From the NCBI RefSeq assembly GCF_036365525.1, contig NW_027142041.1:1116001-1180000 (forward strand): a stretch of DNA of 64,000 nucleotides. The letters run 5' to 3'. Below the pieces are notes generated by a model. It had not been told where the DNA came from. It ran no database searches and worked only from the letters and a program-made list of their open reading frames with translations. Origin of the DNA: Heterodontus francisci. Its lineage: Eukaryota. A program made the position numbers and the translations under genes. This document shows positions 44,501 through 53,101 of the stretch, piece after piece (the first letter of the stretch is position 1; every line of letters begins with the position of its first letter).

Positions 44501-46696
44501 GACTTAACATGTAAAGTGTGTAATGTTATTTAATTCTGACATATTGCTGGGAACTGGGAGGTATTTAAGCCATAGAGTCATAGTCATTATGGCACAGAAG
44601 ACCATTTGGCCCATCACGTTCATACCAGCAGAACTATCCAGCCAATCTCATTACCCTGCTCTACCTCCGTAGCCCTGCAAGTTTATTTCCTTCAAGTACC
44701 TATACAATTTCCTTTTGAAATAATTGATTGTCTCCACTTCCACCATCCTCGTGGGTGGTGAGTTCCAGGTCATTACCATTCGCTGCATAAAAAGGTTCTT
44801 CCCCACATCCCCCCCTGCAACTCTTTCCCAAAACCTTCAATCTATATCCTCTAGTCCTCATATGATCAGTTAATGGGAACAGTTTTTCCTTGTCTCACGT
44901 ATCTAAGCCTGTCATAATCTTGTACGCCTGAATCTAATCTCCTCTTAATCTTCTTTGCTCCAAGGAGAACAACCTCAGCTTCTGCAACCTAACCTTGTAA
45001 CTAAAACCCCCCATCCCTGGACCCACTCTGGCAAATCTCCTCCGCACGCTGTCAAGGACGCTGTTCTCTCTAGGCTTGCTCTTGCTCTCACTCTCATATG
45101 TGATGCAGCACTGACCTTCCTGCTCCCCAACCTGTGTCTTTCACTCATCACATCTGGAACTGTCCCCATGGGATGAGAGACACAGCTGGATTAAATTCCA
45201 TTCTTGTTCCAGTGAACTCTCCCTACTTATTAAAGAATTAAGCATTTCTGCCATGCTCTTTTCTGTCATCATCCCAAACAGGGACCAGAAATCGATTGGG
45301 AAATGAGTCTTTTGAGGCATTGCTTCAGCAGGTTTTCATAACTTCAATGGTTCTTTTTACAAACTGCCCCTCAGTGTTCAGAGATCCAGCCCACATTGAT
45401 CTGTATCTGCAGACATTAGGTGTCATTTTAACACCCAGATGGGAACATGACAAAGTGAGCCATGTACTTGCCTGGGAGGGGCAGTGGTCAGTGGGGTAGT
45501 GGTTGCTGGGGCAGTGCACATTTGGGGCAGTGGTCATTTGGGGCAGTGGGCACTGGGGGTAGAGGGCACTGGGGGCAGTGGTCACTGGGGGCAGTGGTCA
45601 CTGGGGGGGGGGGGGTTGGCTGGGAAGTCAGTAGGCAGCAGCTGTTTAGCTAGAGGCTGCCACCAGGAACCCACAGGAACACAAGGGATGGGTTCTGGGA
45701 GGGAATCCCAGTCCAGGAACCTGAGACTTACCTTGCTGGCCTCTTCCGCCCTTGGAAGCTGTTTCCAACAGGTTTGGCCCAGTAGTGAAGCTAAAACTGC
45801 TTCCCCACCTGGACCTCATGTACCAAAGGCACCATCGGAGACACATCGGCATTTTCAATGCGCATCCTTATGCCTGCAGCTCAAAAATTACACTCGGCCA
45901 GACTGGGGTAAGTCTGTACTCTAACTGACCCCACCCAGTGGTCTCTGCCAGGTAATGGGAGTTAAAATAGACCCCGCGGTATTTGCCTTCCAATGGTGTC
46001 TAAAGAGCTTCATCCTCAGAGATGTGAATCTGAAGGGACATTGGATTATCTTTCAGATCAAAATCTGACCAACAATCAACCAGTACCAGCTGCTTCTGCC
46101 GCTGTGGTAAGTGAATGGATCAGGATACAGTCCATTATCAATGCATAAAATGATATAATTAATATAATAATAAATGATTTCTATCAATTTATCAGTAATA
46201 TCGTAGCAATGGTAATGGCTTTGTAGAAAAAATCACTACATTGGTATATTTTGTAATATATAATATTCATCCAGTTAGATTAATCTTTTAGTTACAGTGA
46301 TCAATTACTCATAGTAATAATTAACATGAAGATACAAAGTGATCATTCACTTACGTTAATAATTCAGTAACAGATCATTCACTTACAGTAATCATTCTAT
46401 TACAGTAATTAACTTGAAGTGAGCCATCATTTCCAGTGAGTGTTCATTTAATGTAATTATCTGAAGTGTTAATTCACTTAAGGTGAAGTTCACTTACAGT
46501 AATAACTCATTAAAAGTGATTATTTGCATACTTTCCAAATCAAATGTAACAGTGAAATTCCATATCTGATATTTTGTTCCAGTCAGATGACGATCAAATC
46601 CATTATGCTGAACTTCAACTGGGACGAGGCACGAACTGTCCACCAGTGACTCTTACTGAAACGATCACTGAATATGCTGCAGTGAAACACACATAA
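2525..46696 (+). CDS. Spliced 8-exon gene: type I membrane IgSF receptor with three VJ-type Ig domains, TM and ITIM+ITSM tail (466 aa)
   Basis: Manually spliced exons of 49+330+339+339+136+44+50+114 = 1401 nt, open from ATG 2525 to TAA 46694-46696. All junctions are GT..AG, with intron phases 1,1,1,1,2,1,0 compatible. Domain order is leader-V-V-V-TM-cytoplasmic tyrosine motifs. Confidence 0.85.
2668..5511 (+). mobile_element. LINE family A, near full length, with tRNA-like head and internal RT deletion at about 4700
   Basis: A box 2678-2688 and B box 2734-2744. APE-endonuclease motifs (ILTESYL, GDFN) and RT fragments ([13 protein letters not shown]) with stops and frameshifts. A-rich tail. 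Inserted in a CR1 at DEG|NAVDVVY. Confidence 0.88.
5512..8015 (+). mobile_element. CR1 (HER1-like) LINE, RT to 3' end, interrupted by a second CR1 at about 6104-7346
   Basis: [19 protein letters not shown] and KFTDDTK motifs. The host frame GFIN|[10 protein letters not shown] is split at 6103/7347 by a 5'-truncated CR1 with its own 3' tail. Confidence 0.88.
8030..8567 (-). mobile_element. Deu-domain tRNA-derived SINE (SacSINE1/AmnSINE1-like), interrupted by a Penelope-derived insert
   Basis: The minus strand reads gctgtggttcagttggtagc (A box) ... ggttcaaatccc (B box) ... cagtactgagggagtgctgc ... ggatgtaaaagatctcatggcactattt ... ttggccaatatttatccctcaa. Family name is from recalled consensus. 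Confidence 0.75.
8347..8524 (+). mobile_element. Penelope-derived short palindromic insert with 12-bp TSD
   Basis: CTTGTAATTCAG is duplicated at 8335-8346 and 8525-8536. Inverted arms aagaaatgctggaaatactcagc / gctgagtatttccagcgtttctt match the 3' end of the Penelope at 13640-13745. Confidence 0.8.
9157..9486 (+). CDS. Exon 2, Ig V domain 1 (VJ-type, shortened C'/C'' region)
   Basis: Acceptor tttcag|GC after a T-rich tract. Translates (G)[68 protein letters not shown]. Donor G|GTAAAT. Canonical Cys, Trp, DxxxYYC and GxGT are present. Confidence 0.92.
9617..10748. repeat. 33-bp minisatellite (GTCAGTACTGAGGGAGTGCTGCACTGTCGGAGG)n, about 34 units, with a 396-bp higher-order duplication
   Basis: Directly visible. 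The diagnostic variant gaggttcag recurs at 9942 and 10338 (12 units apart). Confidence 0.97.
10749..11912 (+). mobile_element. 5'-truncated CR1 LINE (RT region)
   Basis: [36 protein letters not shown] and KFADDTK motifs. Frameshift at about 11500, CR1-type 3' tail. Confidence 0.92.
11958..11993 (+). ncRNA. Minimal type I hammerhead ribozyme motif (Penelope-associated type)
   Basis: TTGTC-CTGATGA-gtgcaaggt-GAAA-AGCT-TC-GACAA: 5-bp stem I, conserved core, palindromic AAGCTT stem III. Stem II is weak. Confidence 0.6.
12021..14850 (+). mobile_element. Degraded CR1 LINE hosting a Penelope insertion
   Basis: CR1 RT fragments on both sides of 12339-13745, and a CR1 3' tail at about 14800-14850. 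Confidence 0.8.
12339..13745 (+). mobile_element. Penelope-like element, 5'-truncated (RT C-terminus, GIY-YIG endonuclease, terminal repeat)
   Basis: ORFs [14 protein letters not shown] and [37 protein letters not shown]. 12-bp TSD TCAGGTAGAGTC at 12327-12338 and 13746-13757. Hammerhead-like core at 13649-13673. Confidence 0.92.
16548..18260. repeat. 24-bp minisatellite (TCTGTTGCYCCACATTCWGYGGGY)n, about 70 units
   Basis: Directly visible. Many units contain the inverted pair CCCACA-ttc-TGTGGG. Confidence 0.98.
18538..18640 (-). mobile_element. Penelope terminal-repeat fragment
   Basis: Reverse complement of the 3' ends seen at 8420-8524 and 54820-54925. Confidence 0.75.
19062..19400 (+). 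CDS. Exon 3, Ig V domain 2 (VJ-type)
   Basis: Acceptor ttttttcccttaaag|GT. Translates (G)[65 protein letters not shown]. Donor A|GTAAGT. Confidence 0.92.
19583..20735 (+). mobile_element. 5'-truncated CR1 LINE
   Basis: [20 protein letters not shown] and [16 protein letters not shown] motifs, with 3' tail gggctgaatggcctactcctgctcc. Confidence 0.88.
21095..21960 (-). mobile_element. CR1 LINE 3' fragment
   Basis: Reverse-complement CR1 3' tail (gccattcagcccctcaagcc) and RT C-terminal fragments. Confidence 0.8.
21965..23642 (+). mobile_element. 5'-truncated CR1 (HER1-like) LINE
   Basis: ORFs 21924..23075 and 23168..23551 carry RT motifs. 3' end atgggccggatggcctcttctgcactgt with a (gattctgt)n tail. 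Confidence 0.92.
24024..27910 (-). mobile_element. LINE family A, near full length with tRNA-like head, containing an RTE-derived insert
   Basis: Endonuclease ORF 26786..27553 (ILTESYL, GDFN, LDLVLTN, SDH) and RT fragments ([26 protein letters not shown]). Head at about 27810-27905, poly-T tail at 24024. Confidence 0.92.
26063..26690 (+). mobile_element. Bipartite non-autonomous RTE derivative (5'UTR fused to 3' end)
   Basis: 26063-26550 is nearly identical to the reverse complement of about 42208-42700. 26551-26690 matches the reverse complement of about 38845-38980, ending in a (AAG)n tail. Confidence 0.92.
28845..30075 (-). mobile_element. CR1 LINE internal fragment
   Basis: ORFs 28705..29103, 29225..29437 and 29685..29873 contain CR1 ORF2 peptides. 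Confidence 0.85.
30629..31918 (+). mobile_element. 5'-truncated LINE family A
   Basis: [19 protein letters not shown] and MFADDCT motifs, with the same 3' tail gcgacgcccacatccc..gaatgaatttaaaaaaaa. Confidence 0.9.
32363..32701 (+). CDS. Exon 4, Ig V domain 3 (VJ-type)
   Basis: Acceptor ttctcttcgtggtgcag|TT. Translates (I)[93 protein letters not shown]. Donor A|GTAAGT. Confidence 0.93.
33105..33240 (+). CDS. Exon 5, short stalk plus transmembrane helix plus juxtamembrane segment
   Basis: Acceptor tattttacag|AA. Translates (K)[44 protein letters not shown](R). The hydrophobic stretch is uncharged. Donor AG|GTAAAT (phase 2). This frame is not in the ORF track. Confidence 0.9.
33948..35180. repeat. 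22-bp purine-rich minisatellite (GAGTGAGTAGAGATGGCAGAAG)n, about 56 units
   Basis: Directly visible, in intron 5. Confidence 0.98.
35181..36060 (-). mobile_element. CR1 RT fragment (35181-35530) followed by a diverged family-A-like LINE fragment
   Basis: ORF 35255..35503 (PQGSVLG, KFADDTK) and ORF 35653..35997 ([19 protein letters not shown]). Confidence 0.75.
37546..38446. mobile_element. Probable solo LTR (about 900 bp)
   Basis: Termini TGTTACG...CATAACA are inverted TG..CA ends. Non-coding, and it cleanly interrupts the CR1 frame. The TSD is imperfect. Confidence 0.7.
38844..43163 (-). mobile_element. Full-length RTE-clade LINE with 7-bp TSD
   Basis: ATGGATT is duplicated at 38837-38843 and 43164-43170. 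Single long ORF and about 1.08 kb of 5' leader. Confidence 0.93.
38894..42079 (-). CDS. RTE ORF, APE endonuclease plus reverse transcriptase plus C-terminal CCHH knuckle, 1061 aa, uninterrupted
   Basis: SWNVRT, LQETR, GDFNA, TDH (EN); [35 protein letters not shown] (RT); [17 protein letters not shown]. Confidence 0.95.
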   Translation of the reverse strand: MKKGKKVPALRFASWNVRTMCPGLSEDLTQINDSRKTAIINNELSRFNVDIAALQETRLPASGSLAEQDYTFFWQGRDPEEPRQHGVGFAIRNSLLSMIEPPSNGSERILSIRLLTTSGPVHLLSIYAPTLCSAPEAKDQFYEQLHNIISSIPNTEHLFLLGDFNARVGADHDSWPSCLGRYGVGRMNENGQRLLELCTYHNLCITNSFFHTKPCHQVSWRHPRSRRWHQLDLIVTRRAALNSVQITRSFHSADCDTDHSLVCSKVRLRPKKLHHSKQKGHPRINTSRISHPQLLQKFLNSLVTALQNTPTGDAETKWAHIRDAIYESALTTYGKSAKRNADWFQSHNEELEPVIAAKRIALLNYKKAPSDLTSAALKAARSTAQRTARRCANDYWQHLCSHIQLASDTGNIRGMYDGMKRALGPTIKKITPLKSKSGDIITDQRKQMDRWVEHYLELYSRENAVTETALNAAQPLPVMDELDIQPTKSELSDAIDSLASGKAPGKDSITPEIIKSAKPAILSALHELLCLCWDEGAVPQDMRDANIITLYKNKGDRGDCNNYRGISLLSIVGKVFARVALNMLQKLAERVYPEAQCGFRAERSTIDMLFSLRQIQEKCREQQMPLYIALIDLTKAFDLVSRRGLFRLLEKIGCPPKLLSIITSFHDNMKGTIQHGGSSSEPFPILSGVKQGCVLAPTLFGIFFSLLLSHAFKSSKEGIFLHTRSGGRLFNLARLRAKSKVRKVLIRELLFADDAALTSHTEECLQSLIDRFASACNEFGLTISLKKTNIMGQDVRNAPSINIGDHALEVVQEFTYLGSTITSNLSLDAEINKRMGKASTAMSRLAKRVWENGALTRNTKVRVYQACVLSTLLYGSEAWTTYASQERRLNSFHLRCLRRILGIRWQDYISNTEVLEAANTPSLYTLLSRLRWLGHVSRMEDGRIPKDTLYSELATGIRPTGRPCLRYKDVCKRDMKSCDIDHKSWESVASIRQSWRAAIKTGLNCGESKRLSSWQEKRQRRKGRANCATAPTNKFLCSTCGRACHSRIGLYSHSRRCFTNH
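44315..44358 (+). CDS. Exon 6, cytoplasmic (R)[14 protein letters not shown]
   Basis: Acceptor ttgtttag|A matches phase 2 from exon 5. Donor G|GTAAGC. Acidic residues precede a YxxV motif. The exon lies in non-repeat sequence just after a CR1 tail, and its polypyrimidine tract is weak. Confidence 0.7.
46057..46106 (+). CDS. Exon 7, cytoplasmic linker (D)[16 protein letters not shown]
   Basis: Acceptor ttatctttcag|AT (phase 1) and donor GTG|GTAAGT (phase 0). It bridges the phases of exons 6 and 8 exactly. Confidence 0.75.
46583..46696 (+). CDS. Exon 8, terminal coding exon with ITIM and ITSM
   Basis: Acceptor attttgttccag|TCA. Translates [47 protein letters not shown] at 46598-46615, ITSM TEYAAV at 46667-46684. 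Confidence 0.88.
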   Translation, partial: SDDDQIHYAELQLGRGTNCPPVTLTETITEYAAVKHT

Positions 46697-46782
46697 CCAC
46701 CTGAATATTTCTGTTAGCATTGCCAGAGGGAAGGGACTCCCTGAAACGTTTCATTCTCTAGTCCTTAGCAACATTAGAATGG

Positions 46783-48028
46783 ACTCAGACCCTCCACTCT
46801 GATATTACTGGACACTCAGACCCTCCGCACTCTGATATTACCGGACACTCAGACCCTCCGCACCCTGATATTACCGGACACTCAGACCCTCCGCACCCTG
46901 ATATTACTGGACACTCAGACCCTCCGCACCCTGATATTACTGGACACTCAGACCCTCCGCACCCTGATATTACCGGACACTCAGACCCTCCGCTCTCTGA
47001 TATTACCGGACACTCAGACCCTCCGCACCCTGATATTACCGGACACTCAGACCCTCCGCACCCTGATATTACCGGACACTCAGACCCTCCGCACCCTGAT
47101 ATTACCGGACACTCAGACCCTCCGCACCCTGATATTACCAGACACTCAGACCCTCCGCACCCTGATATTACCAGACACTCAGACCCTCCGCTCTCTGATA
47201 TTACCGGACACTCAGACCCTCCGCTCTCTGATATTACCGGACACTCAGACCCTCCGCTCTCTGATATTACCGGACACTCAGACCCTCCGCACCCTGATAT
47301 TACCGGACACTCAGACCCTCCGCACCCTGATATTACCGGACACTCAGACCCTCCGCACTTCGATATTACCGGACACTCGGACCCTCCGCACTTCGATATT
47401 ACCGGACACTCGGACCCTCCGCACTTCGATATTACCGGACACTCGGACCCTCCGCACTTCGATATTACCGGACACTCGGACCCTCCGCACTTCGATATTA
47501 CCGGACACTCGGACCCTCCGCACTTCGATATTACCGGACACTCGGACCCTCCGCACCCTGATATTACCGGACACTCGGACCCTCCGCACCCTGATATTAC
47601 CGGACACTCGGACCCTCCGCTCTCTGATATTACCGGACACTCGGACCCTCCGCTCTCTGATATTACCGGACACTCGGACCCTCCGCTCTCCGATATTACC
47701 GGACACTCGGACCCTCCGCACTTCGATATTACCGGACACTCGGACCCTCCGCACTTCGATATTACCGGACACTCGGACCCTCCGCACTTCGATATTACCG
47801 GACACTCGGACCCTCCGCACTTCGATATTACCGGACACTCGGACCCTCCGCACTTCGATATTACCGGACACTCGGACCCTCCGCACTTCGATATTACCGG
47901 ACACTCGGACCCTCCGCACTCCGATATTACCGGACACCCGGACCCTCCGCACTCCGATATTACCGGACACCCGGACCCTCCGCACTCCGATATTACTGAA
48001 CACCCGGACCCTCCGCACTCCGATATAC
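46783..48028. repeat. 33-bp minisatellite (GACACTCRGACCCTCCGCACYYYGATATTACCG)n, about 37 units, starting about 90 bp after the receptor stop codon
   Basis: Directly visible, with variant units clustered in blocks. Confidence 0.97.
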
Positions 48029-48519
48029 TTAACAAATCCAAGGCTGTCACTATCCTAGTCCAGGTGGCCTTTACTCTGCACTAGCTCCAGTGGTACAGAC
48101 AGCCCGTGACTCCTCTTCTCTTGTTTCTCCCTTTGTCATCTTCAGACCTGTGCACCAAGCCTCTCCAGGTCTGTCCTTTTATTCTTTGTAGCTGGTGACT
48201 CCTCCTATGCACTGATTGGTTGGTTCATACATATCACTGTTTTGATTGGTCCTGCCATTTCATTTGTCAGTGCTTCTGTTTGTACATTAATCACAATCAC
48301 ATGCGCAAAGCTATGTGTACAAACAGTCCATTATAACCTGAGGTCCATTAGGTTACACATTTCCAGCAAGACTTTTGTTACATTTTGATCATAACTTGTT
48401 ACATAGTTTTCAAAATGTGTTCTTTTCCTTGTGATTACCAAAGTGATCACAAAGTGATTCTGGATAACTCAAACTTTATGGGCAGCATTTGTTTCCAGTA
48501 AGATACACAGCTAAACAAA

Positions 48520-50970
48520 AGATCTTGGAGCAGGAGTAGGCAATTCAGTCCCTCGAACCTGCTCCGCCATTCAATACGATCATGGCTGATCATCTAATTC
48601 AGTACCCTTTTCCCGCTTTCTCCCCATATCATAAGAACATAAGAACTAGGAGCAGGAGTAGGCAGTTCAGTCCCTCGAGCCTGCTCTGCCATTCAATACG
48701 ATCATGGCTGATCTCATCTCGGCCTCAACTCCACTTTCCTGCCCGTTCTCCATAACCCTTCAACCCATTACTAATTAAAAATCTGTCTATCTCCGCCTTG
48801 GATTTACTCAATGTCCCGGCATCCTCCGCACTCTAGGGTAGTGAATTCCACAGACTCATGACTCTTTGACAGAAGTAATTTCTCATCATCTCTGTTTGAA
48901 ATCTGCTACCCCTTATCCTAAAACCATGACCTCTCGTTCTAGATTGCCCCACAAGAGGAAACATCCTCTCTACGTCTACTTTGTCAATCCCCTTAATCAT
49001 CTTATATACCTCTATTAGATTTCCTCTCATTCTTCTAAACTCTAGGGAGTAAAGGCCTAAACTGCTCAATCTCTCTTCATAAGACAAACCCCTCATCTCT
49101 GGAATCAATCTAGTGAACCTCCTCTGAACTGCCTCCAATTCAACTACATCCCTCCTCAAGTAAGGGGACCAAAACTGTACGCGTTACTCCAGGTGCGGTC
49201 TCACTAATGCCTTATACAGTTGCAGCATCTCTTCCCTATTTTTATACTCTATTCCTTTATCAATAAATGCCAAAATTCCATTTGCCTTCCTTCTTACCTG
49301 CTGCACCTGCAAACTAGTTTTCTGTGATTCATGCACGAGGACACCCAGATCCCTCTGCACCGAAGCACTCTGAAGTTTCTCTTCATTTACCAAAAGCTTA
49401 TCCAAATATATATATATATGAAAGTACATAAAATTCATAATGCAAAAATAAACATAAAAAGGTCAGTAATTTACTATATTGGTCACTGGGGTGAGGAGGT
49501 TGTCCTGTGATGAGAGGCTGAGTAAATTTGGCCTATATGCTGTGCAGTTTAGAAGAATGAGAGGTGATCTCATTGAGACATACAAGATTCTGAAAGGGCT
49601 TGATAGGGTAGACACTGAGAGATTGTTTCTGCTGGTCGGGGAATCTAGGACACAGGGACAGTCTCAGGATAAGGGGACGATCATTTAGAACTGAGATGAG
49701 GAGAAATTACTTCACTCAAAGGGTTGTGAATCTTTGGAATTCTCTACCCCAGAGGGTTGTGGATGTTCCATCATTGAATACATTTAAGGCTGGGATAGAT
49801 TTTTGGTTTCGCAGGTAATTAAGGGATTTGAGGAGCTGGCAGGAAAGTGAAATTGAAGCACAAGATCAGCCATGATCGTATTGAATGGCGGAGCAGCCTC
49901 GATGGGCCATATGGTCTACTTCTGCTCCTAGATGTAATGAGTGGTGTGCCACAGGGATCAGTGCTGGGGCCTCAACTTTTTACAATTTATATAAATGACT
50001 TGGATGAAGGGACTGAAGGTATGTTTGCTAAATTTGTTGATGACACAAAGATAGGTAGGAAAGTAAGTTGTGAAGAGGACATAAGGAGGCTACAAAGGGA
50101 TATAGATAGGTTAAGTGAGTGGGCAAAGACCTGGCAAATGGAGTATAATGTGGGAAAGTGTGAAATTGTCCACTTTGGCAGGAAGAATAAAAAAGAAGCA
50201 TTTTATCTAAATGGTGAGAGATTGCAGAGCTCTGAGATGCAGAAGGATCTGGGTGTCCTAGTGCATGAATCACAAAAGGTTAGTATGCAGGTACAGCATG
50301 TAATTAGGAAAGCTAATAGAATGTTATTGTTTATTGTGAGGGGAATTTAATACAAAAGTAGGGAGGTTATGCTTCAGTTATACAGGGCATTGGTGAGACC
50401 ACATCTGGAATACTGTGTACAGTATTGGTCTCCTTTTTTAAGGAAGGATGTAAATGCGTTGGAGGCAGTACAGAGAAGGTTTACTAGACTAATACCTGGA
50501 ATGGACGGGCTGTCTTATGAGGAAAGATTGGACAGACTAGGCTTGTATCCGCTGGAGTTTAGAAGAGTAAGAGGCGACTTGATTGAAACATATAAGATCC
50601 TGAAGGGTCTTGACAGGGTGGATGTGGAAAGGATGTTTCCCCTTGTGGGAGAATCTAGAACTAGGGGTCACTGTTTAAAAATAAGGAGTCGCCCATTTAA
50701 GACAGAGATAAGGAGAAATTTTTCTCTCAGAGGGTCGTGAGTCTTTGCAATTCTCTTCCTCAAAAGGTGGTGGAAGCAGAGTCTTTGAATATTGTTAAGG
50801 CAGAGGCAGATAGATTCTTGATAAGCAAGGGGATGAAAGGTTGTCGGGGGTAGGTGGGAATGTGTAGTTAAGGTTACAATCAGATCAGCCATGGTCTTGT
50901 TGAATAGCAGAGGAGGCTCGAGGGGCCGAGTGGCCTACTCCTGTCCCTAATTTGTCTGTTCATATGTATT
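48520..50970. mobile_element. Cluster of CR1 fragments (- strand 48520-49390; + strand 49480-49930 and 49931-50970)
   Basis: RT C-terminal peptides and 3' tails. 49931-50970 is closely similar to 6320-7330. Confidence 0.85.
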
Positions 50971-51577
50971 TCTTGTGTTCTGGTGTTAACCCTTGCAAGC
51001 ACCAACTCCAAGACTGGCAGCAGGAAGGCCAGAACTGCTTAAAGTTATCCAACATGGGTACTCATCAATGGAAGATCAGCAGCCTCCCAGCTCCCAAACT
51101 GTAACCACTGGGGAATGACAGAGCATCAGAACACCGAGAGAAGCACGGAAGACAGAATGCTTTCCACAAGGTTAATTCATAACTATTTCTGTTAACAAAT
51201 AGATACGAACGGATTCGAGTTATTGGCTAAATTTGTTTCATTCTGCATTTTAAATTTTATGCATGAGGTCATTGGGTTTCAATTTTCACAGAGAAACAGA
51301 CTGAATTACTGAAGCTAAACGTGACTTAAAATTCAGAAATTCAACATTATAAGACATTTAACTCAATTTGTTAAGCCTGAAGCAATGGTTTTGGTCCAAG
51401 TCCTTTACCCAGGGCTGTTTTATTGTTTGCTGTGACAGTTTGTATATGTCCATTTGGGGATGGGGTCTCATGATTTAATTATCATGGAAACTGGCCTGAA
51501 GTTATTGCCCTCTTTAAGGAGGTTTGGTTTTGGGAGAGTCTGTGATGGTGCAAGGGTTGTTGGGAGATGGAGGGTCA

Positions 51578-51776
51578 GTTCCTCCAGGAGCAGCGTTGGT
51601 GACTGGGAATGTCGGTGATGGATCTGGGTTCCTCCAGGAGCAGCGTTGGTGACTGGGAATGTCGGTGATGGATCTGGGTTCCTCCAGGAGCAGCGTTGGT
51701 GACTGGGAATGTCGGTGATGGATCTGGGTTCCTCCAGGAGCAGCGTTGGTGACTGGGAATGCCGGTGATGGATCTC
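51578..51776. repeat. 50-bp tandem repeat, 4 near-identical copies
   Basis: gttcctccaggagcagcgttggtgactgggaatgtcggtgatggatctgg starts at 51578, 51628, 51678 and 51728. Confidence 0.95.
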
Positions 51777-52359
51777 AGGATGTCTACCTGACCTGCATTC
51801 CACCCTGAGTCATGTGCCAATTCCAAATAAAGCTTCAGGAAAGGAACTTGTTGGTATCTATTGAGCAGCTCTGTGATACACAGGAACTATTTCACCATCT
51901 GCGGTTCTGTACTTCCCTTAATTTTTGCAGATATTTATGGTAACACGAAGGGGACTTTTTCTAATAACACATTTTTATTTTAAAATGCTGATCTGTGCTT
52001 TTGATCTGCCCAATCAAACTAAAAATAAATTCATCAGCGCTCTTTTGTAGCCCTGTAATAGCTGCACTCATGATTAACTGCATTACCAGCTGGCCTGCAT
52101 TTATACTTCAAACCAGGGCCTGCTACTCCTGTGATACACAAAAATCAGTATATCTATCTGTCCCAGTCCATTATTGAATGTGGCTCCTTGGGGTCATATT
52201 TAACCCCCAGTGGGTTTCAGGTGGATACAGGGTGAGTGTGAAACATACATATGAGGCCCAGGATGTTTCAACATCTAGCTTCCAGTTGAATGTATCTAAG
52301 CTGATAGGCTTGACTACTCCTTGTGGAAGTGTGTTCCAATTTCTCCCTACTCTCTGGGT

Positions 52360-52930
52360 AATATAGGAACAGGAGGAAGCCATTCAGCTCCTTGATCCTG
52401 TTCTCCTGTTCAATTAGATCATGGCTGGTCTGTGTGTTGACTCCATTTATTCACCTTTGCTTCATATCCCTTAATCCCCTTACCCAACAAAAATCTATCA
52501 ATCTCAGTCTTGAAAATTTCAACTGACCTCCAGCATTCAGAGAATTTTTAGGGGAGAGAATTCCAGATTCCCACCACCACCCTTTGTGTGATGAAGTGTT
52601 TCCTGATTTCACTCCTAGCTCTCACTTTAAGATTGTGTTCCCTGTTCAGGACATCCTTCACTGGAGGAAATAATTTCTCTCTATCTATCCAATCGAGTCC
52701 TTGAATCATTTTAAACAGCTCGATTAGAGTGCCCCTCAAGTTTCTATGCTCAGGAGAATACAAGCCAAGTCTGTGCAACCTGCCTTAATAATGTAACCCT
52801 TTCAGTCCCGTTCTCATTCTGCTGATTCTGTGCTGCACCCCTCCAAGGCCAATCTATCCTTCCTGAGGTGTGAGGCCCAGAAATGAAGACAGTGACTCTG
52901 GACACTACTCTGAGCTTCATACAGTTCAAT
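52360..52930 (-). mobile_element. Degraded CR1 3' fragment
   Basis: ORF 52548..52778 RLGLYS..IRKHFITQRVV..WNSLP. Confidence 0.7.
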
Positions 52931-53101
52931 GTGGAGAAATGGGAAGTCATCTACTTTGCATCTCAGAAAAACAAATTGTAATATTTTCTTAACAGTGGGA
53001 AACGTGTCCATTTCACTGCAGAGGAAAAAGACAGGAGAGTATTGATAGTGGGAGGCTAAAATTAAATCAAGGTGGAACTTGCTAGATTTAGTAATGAAAG
53101 T

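Noticed and set aside
46140-46560. AT-rich stretch with recurring attcacttacagtaat in intron 7
   Set aside because: It looks like an old decayed tandem repeat, with no coding or structural signal I can support.
46785-48050. 421-aa CGGSECPVIS repeat protein
   Set aside because: Translation of the 33-bp minisatellite, antisense to the receptor's 3' region, with no splice or start support.
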